NCBI GenBank assembly: GCA_951406725.2
Contig: OX597824.1
Location: forward strand, 8,556,001-8,620,000
Source: Octopus vulgaris
Taxonomy: Eukaryota
Reading direction: 5' to 3'
DNA: 64,000 nt
Every line of letters starts with the position of its first letter. Position 1 is the stretch's first letter. Shown here one piece after another: positions 42,683-58,171 of this stretch. The notes under the pieces are model-generated. The model was not told the DNA's origin. It ran no database searches and saw nothing but the letters and a program-made list of their open reading frames with translations. The position numbers and the translations under genes were made by a program.

Positions 42683-43718
42683 TACAGGGTGATTGAAAGG
42701 AAACTCCCTATTTTAAAAAAGTTATTAAAGGCGCAGGATTGGCTGTGTGGTAAGTAGCTTGTTTACCAGCCACATGGTTCCGGGTTCAGTTCCACTGCGT
42801 GGCACCTTGGGCAAGTGTCTTCTACTATAGCCTCGGGCCGACCAAAGCCTTGTGAGTGGATTTGGTAGACGGAAACTGAAAGAAGCCCATCGTATATATA
42901 TATATATATGTGTGTGTCTGTGTTTGTCCCCCTAGCATTGCTTGACAACCGATGCTGGTGTGTTTATGTCCCCGTTACTTAGCGGTTCGGCAAAAGAGAC
43001 CGATAGAATAAGTACTGGGCTTACAAAAGAATAAGTCCCGGGGTCGAGTTGCTCGATTAAAGGCGGTGCTCCAGCATGGCCGCAGTCAAATGACTGAAAC
43101 AAGTAAGAGAGAAAAAAAGAGAGAAATAAAGAAATTAATTATTAATTGTCAAAACGAACAGGAAATCCTCCACACTAGAAGATTGATGAGGAAACACTCC
43201 ATCCCCTAGGACTTGTACTGGTCAAGGATAAGTCAGTCCTTTGTTTAAGGTTTGACCTACTGACCATAGAGAGAATTTTCTGTCTCTTTCTCTGATGTGT
43301 CAGCCAGACCAAGGAACAACACCCGCTTTTGCATCAGTCTTAAGCAAGAGCAGCACTTCCTTTCGCCCTTCGCTCGACATGCTAAGAGAGGCTTTTGGCC
43401 GTAAGAAAGGCGATACCGCCTTTATCATTTCTTCCTTTCTAGTCAGCACCATGACTACCTTACTCTTTCCCTCTCTACTGACAGACAACCTTTTTCTACT
43501 GTCTCTGTAACAACCTGTCGGGTAAACGAATAAATAATATATGTAAATAATATTTCTTCCTTGTTGGTGTTAATTCTTCGATATTCACTGGTTATTCTGA
43601 TGTGAGAACCTTGAAGCGTTATATCTATACGCTTAAGAACAAACAAACACAAAAGTTACAATTAATAAATAATTTATAAGTATTTGAAAATAGGGAGTTA
43701 CTTTTCAATCACACTGTA
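42683..43718 (-). mobile_element. Internally deleted Tc1/mariner element with a nested SINE
   Basis: TA-CAGGGTGATTGAAAGGAAACTCCCTATTTT ... AAAATAGGGAGTTACTTTTCAATCACACTG-TA (27/30 match); strand tentative. Confidence 0.8.
42730..43110 (+). mobile_element. tRNA-derived SINE family B, full length
   Basis: GGCGCAGGATTGGCTGTGTGGTAAG...GGTTCAGTTCC...CCTTGGGCAAGTGTCTT...CCAGCATGGCCGCAGTC...A-rich tail. Confidence 0.9.
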
Positions 43719-43924
43719 AATAAGTGTTGTCCATTTCCTCAACATCTGAGGTAAAACTTAGCTCAACACAGCTAACTCCATTCACTTACTTCGTCCTCCC
43801 GACCTACTTTCAACTTTCAAACATGTACAGATTGGAACTCTCTCAAGAATCTTCGAACTGTTTATTTTTTTGCTCTTAGACGATTGTACGTCTATCTCTT
43901 TCTAGCACAGACATTTGGCATCCA

Positions 43925-44692
43925 CATTCTTTTCTACATTAGGCACAAGGCCCGAAATTTTGGGAGAGGGTGCCAGCCGATTAGATTGACCCCAGTATGC
44001 ATCTCGTACTTAATTTATCAGCCCCGAAAGGATGAAAGGTAAAGTCAACCTCGGCGGAATTTGAACTCAGAACGTAGCGGCAGACAAAATACCTATTTCT
44101 TTACTACCCACAAGGGGCTAAACACAGAGAGGACAATCAAAGACAAACAAACGGATCAAGTCGATTATATCGACCCCAGTGCGCAACTGGTACTTATTTA
44201 ATCGACCCCGAAAGGATGAAAGGCAAAGTCGACCTCGGAGGAATTTGAACTCAGAACGTAGCGGCAGACGAAATACCTAATTCTTTACTACCCGCAAGGG
44301 GCTAAATACAGAGAGGACAAACAAGGACAGACAAACGGATTAAGTCGATTACATCAACTCCAGTGCGTAACTGGTACTTATTTAATCGACCCCGAAAGGA
44401 TGAAGGGCAAAGTCGACCTCGGCGGAATTTGAACTCAGAACGTAGCGGCAGACGAAATACCTATTTCTTTACTACCCGCAAGGGGATAAACACAGAGGGG
44501 ACAAACAAGGACAGACAAACAGATTAAGTCGATTACATTGACCCCTGTGCGCAACTGGTTCTTATTTAATCGACCCCGAAAGGATGAAGGGCAAAGTCGA
44601 CCTCGGCGGAATTTGAACTTACAACGTTGCGACAGGTGAAATAACGCTAAGCATTTCGCCCAGCGCGCTAACGTTTCTGCCAGCTCGCCACC
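43925..44692 (-). mobile_element. SINE family A, tetramer (period about 183 nt)
   Basis: Core CCCCGAAAGGATGAA recurs at about 44022, 44205, 44390 and 44574. Confidence 0.92.
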
Positions 44693-45280
44693 CTATTCGA
44701 CACACACATTGCCTTTAAAAGTGGGCGAGCGTTCTCGTTACTATTATCTTCTTAACACTGGAAAACAGCCGACTACTGCAAGCTCTCTACACTGTCCGTA
44801 ACGAAACGAATCGCGACGGTTAAATAAAATTTGTAAAAAGTTTTTTCATTCTTCAACCAATTCCCTTTAGTGCTTTCCTTAACTGTCCTTTACAAATCTA
44901 CTGTTGCCGCTGCCAGTGGGTTGCTCTCAGGAATTTTATTCAACCGCACGGTTATTTACAAAACGCAGTGGACTGTTCATTCACAGTTTTCCGATAACGG
45001 TGGTGACAGATTTTATCTTAGCTTGCATTTGGCTGTGAGTATATTCTACTAACGACGCTCAACCATGTAGAAATGCGCATCTTGCATACACACTTGCTAC
45101 TACTGTTCGTATGATGTTCGTCTACCTCTGATATGTATTGTGTTCGTAAAATAAAGCACGGTCATAAGGTATATTATTTTTCGACGAATACTGCAACTAA
45201 TACTGCTCTTATATAACGGATACATACATATACATACATGCAAATGCATAAATATATATAGATATATGTAAAAGTATGTT

Positions 45281-45342
<62 letters not shown>

Positions 45343-45400
45343 TATGTATGTGTGACTATATGTATGTAAATGTAAATATACATATGTATCTGTCTATTTA

Positions 45401-45464
<64 letters not shown>

Positions 45465-45490
45465 TCTATCTATTTATATGCATGCGTGTT

Positions 45491-45523
<33 letters not shown>

Positions 45524-45689
45524 ATATCCATATATATATGTATAATGGTAGTGGCTATCAATTTTCCGATGGAATCAATTATATACTTCCATGTGTGAGT
45601 GTGTGCATATACATACATACATATACATACATACATACATACATACATACATACATACATACATACATACATGCACACACACACACACG

Positions 45690-45721
<32 letters not shown>

Positions 45722-46417
45722 AACACACATACACACACGTACATACACCATACCACACACAACTATATAGATGAAGACACACACACACACACACATATAA
45801 AAGATTACGTCTTTCTTTTCCATTCTTCCATGTCTTTTATTTTTCCATAATCTTCCTTTTGATGTTGTAATTAGGAGATTTTTCTGATAATTGCCAGATG
45901 TAGACAGCTAATTTCGTCGGATTTCAAATATCAAATTGTCTGAAAGAGCAAGTAGTTTTCGCTCATGCCTATATATCGCTCACGTGCCACGTAATTGGTT
46001 GGTTTTATAGAAATTACCTCTATTTATAAATAATGGCTTCCGCAAAATTTAGTATGCACGTTTCGAGATATCAGTACTATCATATCCCCTCAGTTTTATT
46101 GTGTGGTATATACAATGTTCTTTTCATCTGTAGTTTAATTTTAAAATATTTCTGTTAAACAGCGCTCTCAATTTATTGTTTGTTTGGCAGTATTTACCTA
46201 TTAAGTTTGAAGGATGTGTAAAAGTTTAAGTCAAATATAAAAGAGGCTTAGGAACGATATGTCATAGCGGTGCCTTTCTTTAGTTGGGGAAATAGAATGG
46301 AGTTAGGCGAATAAGGAATTTTATCTTTGAATCTAGTTGAGCTTCACTATTGTTATAGGGTCTTTATTCTCTAAGATTTCTTTATTTGAGGACAAAAGTT
46401 CAGTATCTTGATATATA

Positions 46418-46831
46418 TTTCTTTACTACAACAAGGGGCCAAACATAGAGGGGACAGACAAGGACAGAGAAACGGATTAAGTCGATTACATCGACCCCAG
46501 TGCGAAACTGGTACTTAATTTATCGACCCCGAAAGGATAAAAGGTAAAGTCGACCTCGGCAGAATTTGAACTCAGAACGTAACGACAGACGAAATACCTA
46601 TTTCTTTATTACCCACAAGGGGCTAAACATAGAGGGGACAAACAAGGACAGACAAACGGATTAAGTTGATTACATCGACCCTAGTGCAAAACTAGTACTT
46701 TATTTATCGACCCCGAAAGGATGAAAGGCAAAGTCGACCTCGGCGGAATTTGAACTCAGAACGTAACGACAGACGAAATACCGCTAAGCATTTCGCCCGG
46801 CGCGCTAATGTTTCTGCCAGCTCGCCGCCTT
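46418..46831 (-). mobile_element. SINE family A, dimer
   Basis: Two units; flanked by direct repeat AGTTCAGTATYTTGATATA (about 46397 and 46834), a likely target-site duplication. Confidence 0.9.
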
Positions 46832-47152
46832 ATAGTTCAGTATTTTGATATAGCCAACCCGTTATCTCTATAAAGGCCGAAGTCTAGTTTTGTAAATGAT
46901 AGGAAAAGTGAAGTAATCACGTGAGAAAATCTGCAGTTATATTACTCTATACACCTATATATTACTTTTTATTCGTATTTAGTGGCATGCATTTCTTGAT
47001 AGTGCTATCGAACCTGGGACATACTTGTAATAATACATAAATGCATATACATAGATACGTAGACAAGCACGCGCGCACACGCACACATACATGTATGAAT
47101 ATATGTGAATAATATGGAACGCCAAAGTAATGCAATCCAACGTATACACTTA

Positions 47153-47208
<56 letters not shown>

Positions 47209-47274
47209 ATTTGGTTCTTTTATTTGTCTCAGTCTTTTGACTGCGGCCATGCTGGAGCAAATCGACCCCAGGAC

Positions 47275-47419
47275 GTCCGACGAATGGGAACGTGAAACTC
47301 TGAGTAACAGTTTTTGTGATATTTCTGCTGCTTTTTAATAATGCATATTACTCTACCTCTGGTAGTCTAGTACTATTTTTTCCACCTTGTTTCGCATTTA
47401 TGTGCTTAATCCGGTATAC

Positions 47420-47484
<65 letters not shown>

Positions 47485-47630
47485 GAGTAAACACATAAAT
47501 GTGAAACAAGGTGGAAAAAAGAGTACTCAAATACCAGGGGTAGAGTAATATGCATTATTAGAAAGCAGCAGAAATTCAACAAAACCTGTTACTCGGAGTT
47601 TCACGTTCCCGTTCGTCGGACAGTTTTGTT
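47275..47630. mobile_element. Inverted pair of Penelope-type repeats around (TA)n, each with a hammerhead motif
   Basis: 47275-47414 is approximately the reverse complement of 47482-47623. Confidence 0.75.
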
Positions 47631-48933
47631 AAAATAGAACCGATATGACAATTCTATCAAGACTAGTATAAACGTTACACCTTTAAAAGTGGACTTGTTT
47701 GATTGGTCCTTTCAAATAACGGTCATATTCGAGCGATAAACAAAAATGAGCTCAATATAAAATATAAAAAAATATATAAAGTTATAAAAGACGAAGAAAA
47801 AACCTTACACATATATTTATATGTACATTATATATATATACATGTATGTATTTGTATGTAGGTGTATATGTATGTGTGTGTATTTATATTTATTGGTGTA
47901 TATGTATAGACTAGCCTTCTAAGAGTGTAGACATGAATCTGTAGGTACGCGTACGTATGTGTATATACGTGAATGTATGTAGATGTATGTATGTATGAAT
48001 ATAACGCGTGCGTGCGTGTATGTGTATGAGTGTACGAATGAGTGAGTGTACGTGCTAAAGAGTGTGCGTGAGTAAATGAGTGCTTGTTTTCCAGTAGACA
48101 GATAAATGGACTGGCTGTCATAGCCAAGATGTTTGTGACCAGCGATCAAAGATAACAAAAGTAATAAATGAAGATAATAAAATTAAAATTAGGGAATGGG
48201 TCTGTATTTGTATGTGTATATATATGTGTGTATGTGTAGGTATGCATAGGTACACATATGTATATATATATATATGTATATGTATGTGTGTGTATATGTG
48301 TGTGTATGTGTATATATGTGTATATAGGGACTAGTGTGCTGTGTGTGCATGTGTGTGTGTGGATATGTGTGTGTATGCGTGTATGTGAGTATGTGTGTGT
48401 ATGTGTATATATATTTTTCTGTGTGTATATGTATGTGTGGTCGTGTGTGTATATATACATGTGTGTATACGTGCATGCATGTGAGTGTGTGTATGTATAC
48501 ATATATGTGTATGTGTAGATATGTATATGTATGTGTAAGTGTATATATATGTATATATGTGTGTGTGTACGTATGTGTGTATGTATATGTATATATGTTT
48601 GTATGTGTGTGTATATATGTATACATATGTGCATAGGTATAAGTGAGAATCTCCTTATTTACCTAAAACTCTATCCCCTTTTTTTATATATATTTTTATA
48701 TATTTTCTTATATATTTTTTAATTTTTTTATTTATTCTTCTATCTAATTTAACACTGACTCCTTGACCACTCCCCCAAGTATGATATTTTGCGCTATGCC
48801 TACCCCCAAAAAGTCCCCCACCAACACCCCTTTAAACCTGCCTAAATGTATAAATGCCAATACAATTCTTGTTAACTAGCTTCCTGAAGATTTCTCTTGA
48901 ATGAAACAGTTCTAGTCCTGTAGAAGCTCCTTC

Positions 48934-49111
<178 letters not shown>

Positions 49112-49254
49112 GTATATATAGGTAGGGAACATGTGTCACTAGAGATCGTAGACCCACATTCATTTATTCAGTCATTCATTCAGAGGTGGAGAGAGTAAGG
49201 AAGAGAGTGGAGGATGAGGGCCTGACACACACACACACATATATATATATATAT

Positions 49255-49473
49255 CCTCAATGTGCAACAAAGAAGCAGGAAGCATAACTATCTAGAACCA
49301 GAAAAGAAAAAATTAAATGCGCAAATTCTCACTTACGCACACACACATACACACACTCTCTAATTCATACATATATTCATAGTACTCACACACATTCATA
49401 TACACACATACACACACATCCTCACGCAAACAGAAATACACTCGGTCGTTCAATGAGACACACTGGCAGGCCT

Positions 49474-49515
<42 letters not shown>

Positions 49516-49945
49516 AAATATACACACACATACACAAATATACACACACATATATATATATACTCACACGCACACATGTATATATCCATGTACACACATA
49601 TATACTCCCACGCCCATATATATATATATACACACATATATACTCACACACACAAATATACACACACATATATATGCTCACACACAAATACACAGATACA
49701 CAAATATACACACATATATATATACTCTCACACACATACACACGCTCAACACACATAAATTGGTTACCTTGTTCGGCATTGATGAGTAATATATTGATTT
49801 TTTGCGGGGGGGGGTCCTTCCTCGTCACCTGACTCCCTCCGTCTCCACCTCTCCACCGATCTTTCTCTTAATTGTTCACACGAAGGTCAATAAACATTGC
49901 GATCGCTCCTGTAATCTAGCTAAACGCTCTTTCTATGATAAACTC
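49255..49945 (-). promoter_or_regulatory. Duplicated island set Y, copy 2; possible first exon ending MPNK|GTAACC
   Basis: Paralogous to 40240-41005. Confidence 0.5.
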
Positions 49946-50117
49946 ACACACACACGCACATACCATGTATACACACACACACACATATATATATACATAC
50001 ATACTCCCAGACACACATATTTCAAATGTACATATGTATATATATATACATATAAATGTGTATATATATGTGTGTGTGTGTATGTATATGCGTGTCACAT
50101 ATATGTATATGCATATT

Positions 50118-50178
<61 letters not shown>

Positions 50179-50331
50179 GTATATATGTATGTATGTATGT
50201 ATGTTTGTATGTGATATTGTGATATGTGTGTATATTTATATGCATGTCTGTTTACATATGTATATGACTGCTTTTGTGTCTGTGTGCGTGTATGTATGTA
50301 TGTATATATTTGTGTTTGTGTATGTATGTGT

Positions 50332-50370
<39 letters not shown>

Positions 50371-50372
<2 letters not shown>

Positions 50373-50700
50373 CAGGCTTGAAACGAGACAGAACAACCAA
50401 ACGAAGGACAGCTTCTGCATTAGTCAATGATGCAATGAAACTCGGAATAAGACAGAAATGTCATAAAACGTCGACATTTAACCGAAAAACAAGGAAACTG
50501 AATAACATTATTACATCCATGAAACGCTTGAAATGGATTTGGGCCGGGTGCATCCAGAGGACGAGTCGTAAGAGAATGACGAAAATACTGACGTCATGGA
50601 CCCGGGAGGACGCAAAATGAAAACGGTGTGATAACGAAAATGATGGCGGCATGAAACGGATAAATTTGACAGATATTTTGTGACCAGGGACTCAAAGCCG
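50371..50700 (+). mobile_element. RTE-clade LINE ORF C-terminal remnant
   Basis: IITSMKRLKWIWAGCIQRTSRKRMTKILTSW resembles KW.WAGH..R....RWT.....W. Confidence 0.75.
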
Positions 50701-50829
50701 AAATATATGGAGAGAAAAGGAAAGACTTTTACGTAGCAATGATAGAGCAATGGTTGATACGACTGAATGTTTATAATATACATGATGGCACAGATATACG
50801 AATAACCTATGTATGTATATATTCTTACG

Positions 50830-51055
50830 CAGGCTGGCAGAATTGTTAGCACGCCGGGCGAAATGCGTAGCCGTATTTCGTCTGTCATTACGTTCTGAGT
50901 TCAAATTCCGCCGAGGTCGACTTTGCCTTTCATCTTTTCGGGGGTCGATTAAATAAGTACCAGTTACGCACTGGGATCGATATAATCGACTTAATCCGTT
51001 TGTCTGTCCTTGTTTGTCCCCTCTGTGTTTAGCCCATTGTGGGTAGTAAAGAAAC
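50830..51055 (+). mobile_element. SINE family A, monomer
   Basis: Matches the family consensus seen elsewhere in the window. Confidence 0.9.
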
Positions 51056-51661
51056 ATATATATTCTTACACAGCCACAAATGTCTCGTAGAAGTACACGC
51101 TAAGATGTAATAATAAGCAGACACGTTCACGGTGCAAGAACAAAATGACTGGGCTTTTCTTGCCTCTGGTATTTCGTGTCTTCTGCCGACAAAAGTAGAG
51201 GCAAAGAAGCCATTCCAACCATTTTGAAGGGTCTCTGAGAGTTGTGGGTGGAAAAGATATAAGGAACTACGACTCAGTAGCATGAAGGCAGACGAGAAGA
51301 TATTGAGATACTCTTCAAACCAGAGACTTAGTCTAAACGTATAGTCTCTACAAGGCAAAGAATGCCCTGAAAATGGTGGTGATGAAAGCAGACGACAATG
51401 ATAAAAATGGGACAAGTTTAAATGATTGCACAGCAATGGACTCGTCTTAGTATTACAACCGGGAGACGAATTAAGTCTACCACGATTTTATTTGTCAATC
51501 ACTTGTCCATGATTTAGAACTTTGATTAAATGCCCTGAATTGTAGTGAACTTATATGACTGTGATATAGTTGTCTTTCCCTCTGGCTTCCATGACTTTGG
51601 AACTTTAAAATATTTCCTTTTTTCAAGTGGAGATATGTTTTGGTAAATAATGACTTGATGA

Positions 51662-52009
<348 letters not shown>

Positions 52010-52389
52010 CATACATATATATATATATATATGCATGTACACACACACACACATATATATACGTGTACATACACATCTATACATAGATAACGCACATGCA
52101 TACGCACATGCGCACCTATAGTTGTGTTTGTTCTCCCGAATTACTATTAAATGTGGGAGATTTCTATTTCCTCGATGTTTTTGCCGAATCTTTTATACCT
52201 TGAGGATTTACAGTCGCGAATATAAGTACATGTTGACGAAACGGCATCGTTATTTTATTTCCCCCCAAACATAAAGTAAAAAGACAAAAAAAAAAAAAAA
52301 AAAAACAAAGCTAAAACTACCTTTACAAAGTAATACAATTATTTCTAAAAATGTACATCCATTTCAACTTTTCAGGCTTTTAGGGGGAA

Positions 52390-53385
52390 ACTGTCCGTCT
52401 TATTGCCACTAAATCAAGGCGTTGTTGTCAAGAGGGTTGTAAGACTGTAATTTCATTGAACAGCATGAGAAGGCACCACTCAACAAAATGTATTTTAGAA
52501 TCGATTCTGTCACCTAGGAAAGCGCAGACGCTGATTTCTAAAGAATGACACCATAAAAGAAGAATAGGAGTTGATTAGGGCTTTGCGATAAATCGCTTTA
52601 CAGAATTGGATGCTTTTCAATTACCTAAAATTGACCACCTCATCAACGATGAAACGAAAGCGAAATATTTAGGATATTTTCTTATTTTCCTATTTCGTTT
52701 GTACACGGCGTGTAAAGCTAACTGATAGCTGCATAATTTTCACAAAGGTTCCCGACGCTGACACGAACAAGGCTTTTCCCTTTACAGCCTATGATTAAAG
52801 ATTATTTTGACAATGCTCACCCAACATCACACAAGTGTGTATGGATAATGTAATGGCCGATGGAATAAATAAAGAGACAGCTCAATAACGAGGTACCCCA
52901 AACATTATTCAGAGATTGCTAATAAATTTGATTTTCAGTTTAACGGTAGCAAACGCATTATTGGTATTGAATAAGTTAATCTTCTAAGCTATACTGACTC
53001 TCAAAGGAATCTTCCAAACTGGCATTGAAAGACCGAAGCCACTTAACAAATTGACGGATCCATAAGTTTTCTAATAAAATATGCCTCCTCGTTTGAAATA
53101 AGACATTTTCTTTATCACAGACTTTATACAATCCGTTTGAAAATTTGGTAAAGGAAATTGAAAATGTAACTCGATTATCTTTAGAAGAAAATATTGAATT
53201 TATATTGAAAACAGATAGCGAAACTACGTTACTGCATCTTTGAATTAACAAGGAATTAACTGGTGTCTTCTTTTCATGTAAATATAAAATAAAGATAGAT
53301 CAGTTCAAAAGGTGCGATCCATTGAAGAAGATATTAAAACGTGCAGCACTTGTACAATAATCATTATATTCTAATAACTGATCAG
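52390..53385 (+). mobile_element. Decayed Gypsy-type LTR retrotransposon pol (RT to RNase H)
   Basis: SPRKAQTL...INRFTELDAFQLPKIDHLIN...FILKTDS...YILITDQ, with many stops and frameshifts. Confidence 0.7.
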
Positions 53386-53816
53386 CTTTGTAACTATTTG
53401 ACTCATACCTACCTACCTACCTACATACATACATACATACATACATACATACATACATACATACATACATACATACATACATACATACATACATACATAC
53501 ATACATACGTAAGTGTGTATAGACAATCTCACACAGATGCATAAACACATAATACCTAAAAACATGAGACAGAGATGAAGTTGAACATAGCATTAGTTTA
53601 ATATTAGTCACAATCGTTTCATCACTTCACGACTTGGAACCATTTTGCGCATAGATGGCTAAGTGTGATAAATTACACAAAAACAGAGGAATGACACCTA
53701 ATCGAATGCTTATTAAACTTAGCTGTAATTTTATGTATGAATGCAAGTGTATATGTGTACATGTAGGTATGTATGCACGTATGTATGAATATATATAAAT
53801 ATGCACACACACACAA

Positions 53817-53855
<39 letters not shown>

Positions 53856-54046
53856 GGGAGAGTTTACGAAAAAAACAAAAGACGAAGACAGGTGGTGTAC
53901 AAAAGAAACAAATGTATTAGTATAACGCTCAGGAATAGAAAAAGTATTTTACGTTTCGAGCCTATGCTCTTCTACAGAAAGGTACACAGAAAAAAGCAAG
54001 GAGAGAAACATGGAGAGAAAAAAAATGTGTGTAGTGGCTAACGATA

Positions 54047-54113
<67 letters not shown>

Positions 54114-54788
54114 AATGGAGTTAAACGAAGGTGTTATTCAAATTCCTTTACTTCCGACACATGTTTCGAAGATATCACTGGTATTATTCCAAAGTTGCTA
54201 CCCTGGTAACTATTTATATATATATTTTTACGTGTTAATTGTTAACAAGGGGAAAATACACAAATCTGTTTACACACACACATACCCATACACACACATA
54301 CACACACATATATATACATATATATGTATGTATGTATGTCTATATGTATATAGTAAATTCAAATAAACCATCAATTCAATACACGATTGATAAAATTGAC
54401 AGACAAGAGGAGGACGTGCACAAGGAATGTATTAGTTTGACGCTCAGTAAAAAGAGAGAGAGATTGACGTTTCGAGCATAGCTCTTCGTCAAAAAGGAGA
54501 AAGGGAAAAGTTCAAAGAGGGAAAAGAAATAACCAACACCACGTGAGTAGTTATAATGCTGCAATAACCGGAAGTAGAAGGAGATAGAGAAAGTGTTTTT
54601 TTGGACATGAGAATGCGAAAATGATCACTGTGTATGTGTTTGTGTGTGTGATGTGCGTATGAGGGTGTGACTCAACAAGCAGGTTAGTAGCGGGTGTTTG
54701 ATTAAGCCGGAAGTGAAATGTGTGTGAGTGGGTGGGTGTGGTTATATATCACATAATATACACATCACTTATATGTGGAGAGGTCTAA

Positions 54789-55200
54789 AAGGCGGCGAGC
54801 TGGCAGAAACGTTAGCACGCCAGGCGAAATACGTAGCTGTATTTCGTTTGCCGCTACGTTCTGAGTTCAAATTCTGCCGAGGTCGACTTTGCCTTTCATA
54901 CTTTCAGGGTCGATAAATTAAGTACCAGTTACGCACTGGGGTCGATATAATCGACTTAATCCGTTTGTCTGTCCTTGTTTGTCCACTCTGCGTTTAGCCC
55001 CTCGTGGGTAGTAAAGAAATAGGTATTTCGTCTGTCGTTACGTTCTGAGTTCAAATTCCGCCAAGGTCGGCTTTGCCTTTCATCCTTTCGGTGTCGATAA
55101 ATAAAGTACCACTTACGCACTGGAGTCGATATAATCGACTTAATCCGTTTGTCTGTCCTTGCTTGTCCCCTCTGTGTTTAGCCCCTTGTGGGTAGTAATG
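54789..55200 (+). mobile_element. SINE family A, dimer
   Basis: Two units; TTATATGTGGAGAGGT repeated on both flanks. Confidence 0.9.
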
Positions 55201-55240
55201 AAATATTATATGTGGAGAGGTATGTGTGTGTATACAGACG

Positions 55241-55277
<37 letters not shown>

Positions 55278-55784
55278 GCTTATACATATATATGTATGTA
55301 CGCACGTATTCGTATATTTAGAGTAAACCCTAAGTAAAGTATATATCAATTAATGTATGGCAAAAGAACGGTGGTTACATAATCACTTTTATTAGCTTAA
55401 TATTAGCTTCCTGCTATAAGAAGCTAAGAAGCTTGCACTCACAGCTGAATGCTCATGCGACCTCTTATAGATTCCTTCATTATTTAAATGTTTCGCAGGA
55501 AACGAAAATACGTCGAAAGAGCACTGGTTTCTGAGTGCAATCTATTGATTGCAGAAACAGCTGTAAGCCAATGAACGACTACTTTTCGTTCGTCATTCAT
55601 TAGTTGATATTAAGATCTCTACTCACTTGGTGATCTACCCTAAAGTATAAATGTATCGAGTTCTAACAAGTAGTTATTAGTAGCGTTACGCCTATGCGAA
55701 ACTGGTGAAACAAATATATTCATCTCATACCTCCTGAATTTCTTTATATTCTCTCTCTCTCTCGCTCGCTCTATCTATCTATCA

Positions 55785-55874
<90 letters not shown>

Positions 55875-56589
55875 ATCTATACATATATATATATATATAT
55901 ATATATATGTATACATCAATATGTATGTATGTATGTATCAACACAAATATAATTACTTCCTAGAGCTCACAAGAAATTCATCTTCAAGCACCAAATCTAC
56001 TAGAGTGCACGCTGAACAAAGGTCAGTGCAAATTGCCTTAATGTGATATAGACTTAATCAAATTAAACTAAAAAGAGAAAAGGCATTTGGAGCCAATGCG
56101 TAAAGAATTTTCCAGAAATCGAAACAATTTGTATTTCTGCAAATGCACGGCATTCTATGAAGACACACAGCTCGAACTTTCGTCTGCTGGAGAAGCGAGA
56201 AGTAATTTACAATATATATAGATAAGCACGTGGCTGAAAGTGACATATTTGAAATAGATTGTGAAAGCTTATAAAATTCCCATTTCTCAAATTTTATGCT
56301 GACATGTCGCTACAGAACCACTCAATAAATATAGATTTAGATACAGCTTTTCTCTTAATCTTTTATTAGTTTCAACCAGACGCTGCGGCCATGCTAGGAC
56401 ACTGTCCTTAGAATGGTTCTGTTTTTTCTTCCGGAATTGTTTCTGATGAAGTAGCGAGTTGGATAGAAGCTGCTCTACTTTGTGTTTCCTGTCGCGATGT
56501 GGGTTTATACGGCATCTCATAAAAAGTTTGTCCAAACGTTCTCTTAGAACCTCTTTGTATATCTGTCTACATCTTGCAGATCTCTGACG

Positions 56590-56905
56590 CTGTTTGGTTA
56601 GAGCGTCGAGCTTACGATCGTGACGTTGTGAGTTCGATTCCTGGACCGGGTTACCTGTTGTGTTTTTAAAGGCGGCGAGCTGGCAGAAACGTTAGCACGC
56701 CGGGCGAAATGCTTAGCGGTATTTCGTCTGCAGTTACGTTCTGAGTTTAAATTCCGCCGAGGTCGACTTTGCCTTTCATCCTTTCGGGGGTCGATAAATT
56801 AAGTACCAGTTACGCACTAGGGTCGACGTAATCGACTTAATCCCTTTGTCTGTCCTTGTTTGTCCCCTCCTTGTTTAGCCCCTTGTGGGCAATAAAGATA
56901 TAAGT
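56590..56905 (+). mobile_element. CORE-like SINE head followed by a family A SINE
   Basis: GGTTAGAGCGTCGAGCTTACGATCGTGA head, then AAGGCGGCGAGCTGGCAG at about 56669. Confidence 0.8.
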
Positions 56906-56959
56906 ATGTTGGAAAGTTGTGAGCTATTCAAACTTACGTTGTATCATGGCCTTATTCTA

Positions 56960-57430
56960 GATGGAAAAGACAGGATCTTTGTTAGTAAGAAGTGCTGTCT
57001 ATTTCGGTGGTTGGTATAACTTTCAATCCTGAAGTTGGCTGCTAGATCTTCCAGAATCTTCCATATGTGTATCACTGCATATCTTTCGCGTCTTTTCTCC
57101 GGGGAGAACAGCCTCAGTTCCTTCAGCTTCTCCTAAGAGCTCATCTTTTGCACCGTGTTAGTCTTTTTGTAGTGGCGTTATGTTGCCCTGAGTTCCACAA
57201 TTTGTTTGACGCTTTGTGGCGACCACAGTCGGGAGCAGAAGCCTTGGTGACTGAGGACGAATATTCTCCAAACGAGTAGCATGGTATCCTTTTCCCACTC
57301 GCATGCACAGCGCTGCCATCTGGGAAATATGCACATGGAATGTTGCATCATCACTCATGTAGATTTCCAGGTACACAACCACTCTGACTCTGAGATTGCA
57401 CTACCTCCTGGTCCTGTGTAAGAGAGTGGC
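56960..57430 (-). mobile_element. CR1/L2-like LINE ORF2 C-terminal remnant
   Basis: YLEIYMSDDATFHVHI...LWSPQSVKQIVEL...EKLKELRLFSPEKRRERYAVIHIWKIL. Confidence 0.75.
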
Positions 57431-57547
57431 TGACTGTATATTTAAGGGAGTGTCTGAAAGAGCCACCACAAACAGTAGTGGTCCCCCGAAGGGCTCTTCT
57501 GAGAATTTACAGAATTAATATTATATAACAATTCTTCATTTTGGTTT

Positions 57548-57943
57548 CAAATTTTGGCACAAGACCTGCAAATCTGGGTGAAGGTGATAAGTCGCTTACA
57601 ACGACTCCCGTACTCAACTGGTACTTATTTTATCGATCTCGAAAAAGGATGAAAGGTAAAGTCGGCCTCTGTGGAATTTGAACTTTGAACGTAAAGACGG
57701 ACGAAATACCTATTTCTTTACTACCCACAAGGGACTAAAGACAGAGGGGACAAACAAGGACAGACAAACGGATTAAGTCGATTACATCGACCCCAGTGCG
57801 TAACTGGTACTTATTTAATCGACCCCGAAAAGATGAAAGGCAAAGTCGACCTCGGTGGAATTTGAACTCAGAATGTAACGGCAGACGAAATGCCGCAAAG
57901 CACCTCGCCCGGCGTGCTAACGGTTCTGTCTTTTCGTCGCCTT
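57548..57943 (-). mobile_element. SINE family A, dimer
   Basis: Two units with the standard junction at about 57710. Confidence 0.88.
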
Positions 57944-58138
57944 TATTCTTTATTCTTTATTCTTCGTGACATATTTGAAGCTTCGAGCTGCACGTCCGTG
58001 AGTGCAATCCGCTTTCAGAAACACATTTCGTGTCTCAGGATGAAAAATATTATATAAAGATAAGTAATTTTAATCCAGTTTCAGCCTAAAGGCTGTGGTC
58101 ACACTGGGGTATCGCCAGTAATATCACCTTAATTTTGC

Positions 58139-58171
<33 letters not shown>

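Noticed and set aside
43925-44692. Regular repeats suggesting a CRISPR-like array
   Set aside because: Whole ~183-nt units repeat with no unique spacers; SINE multimer in a eukaryote
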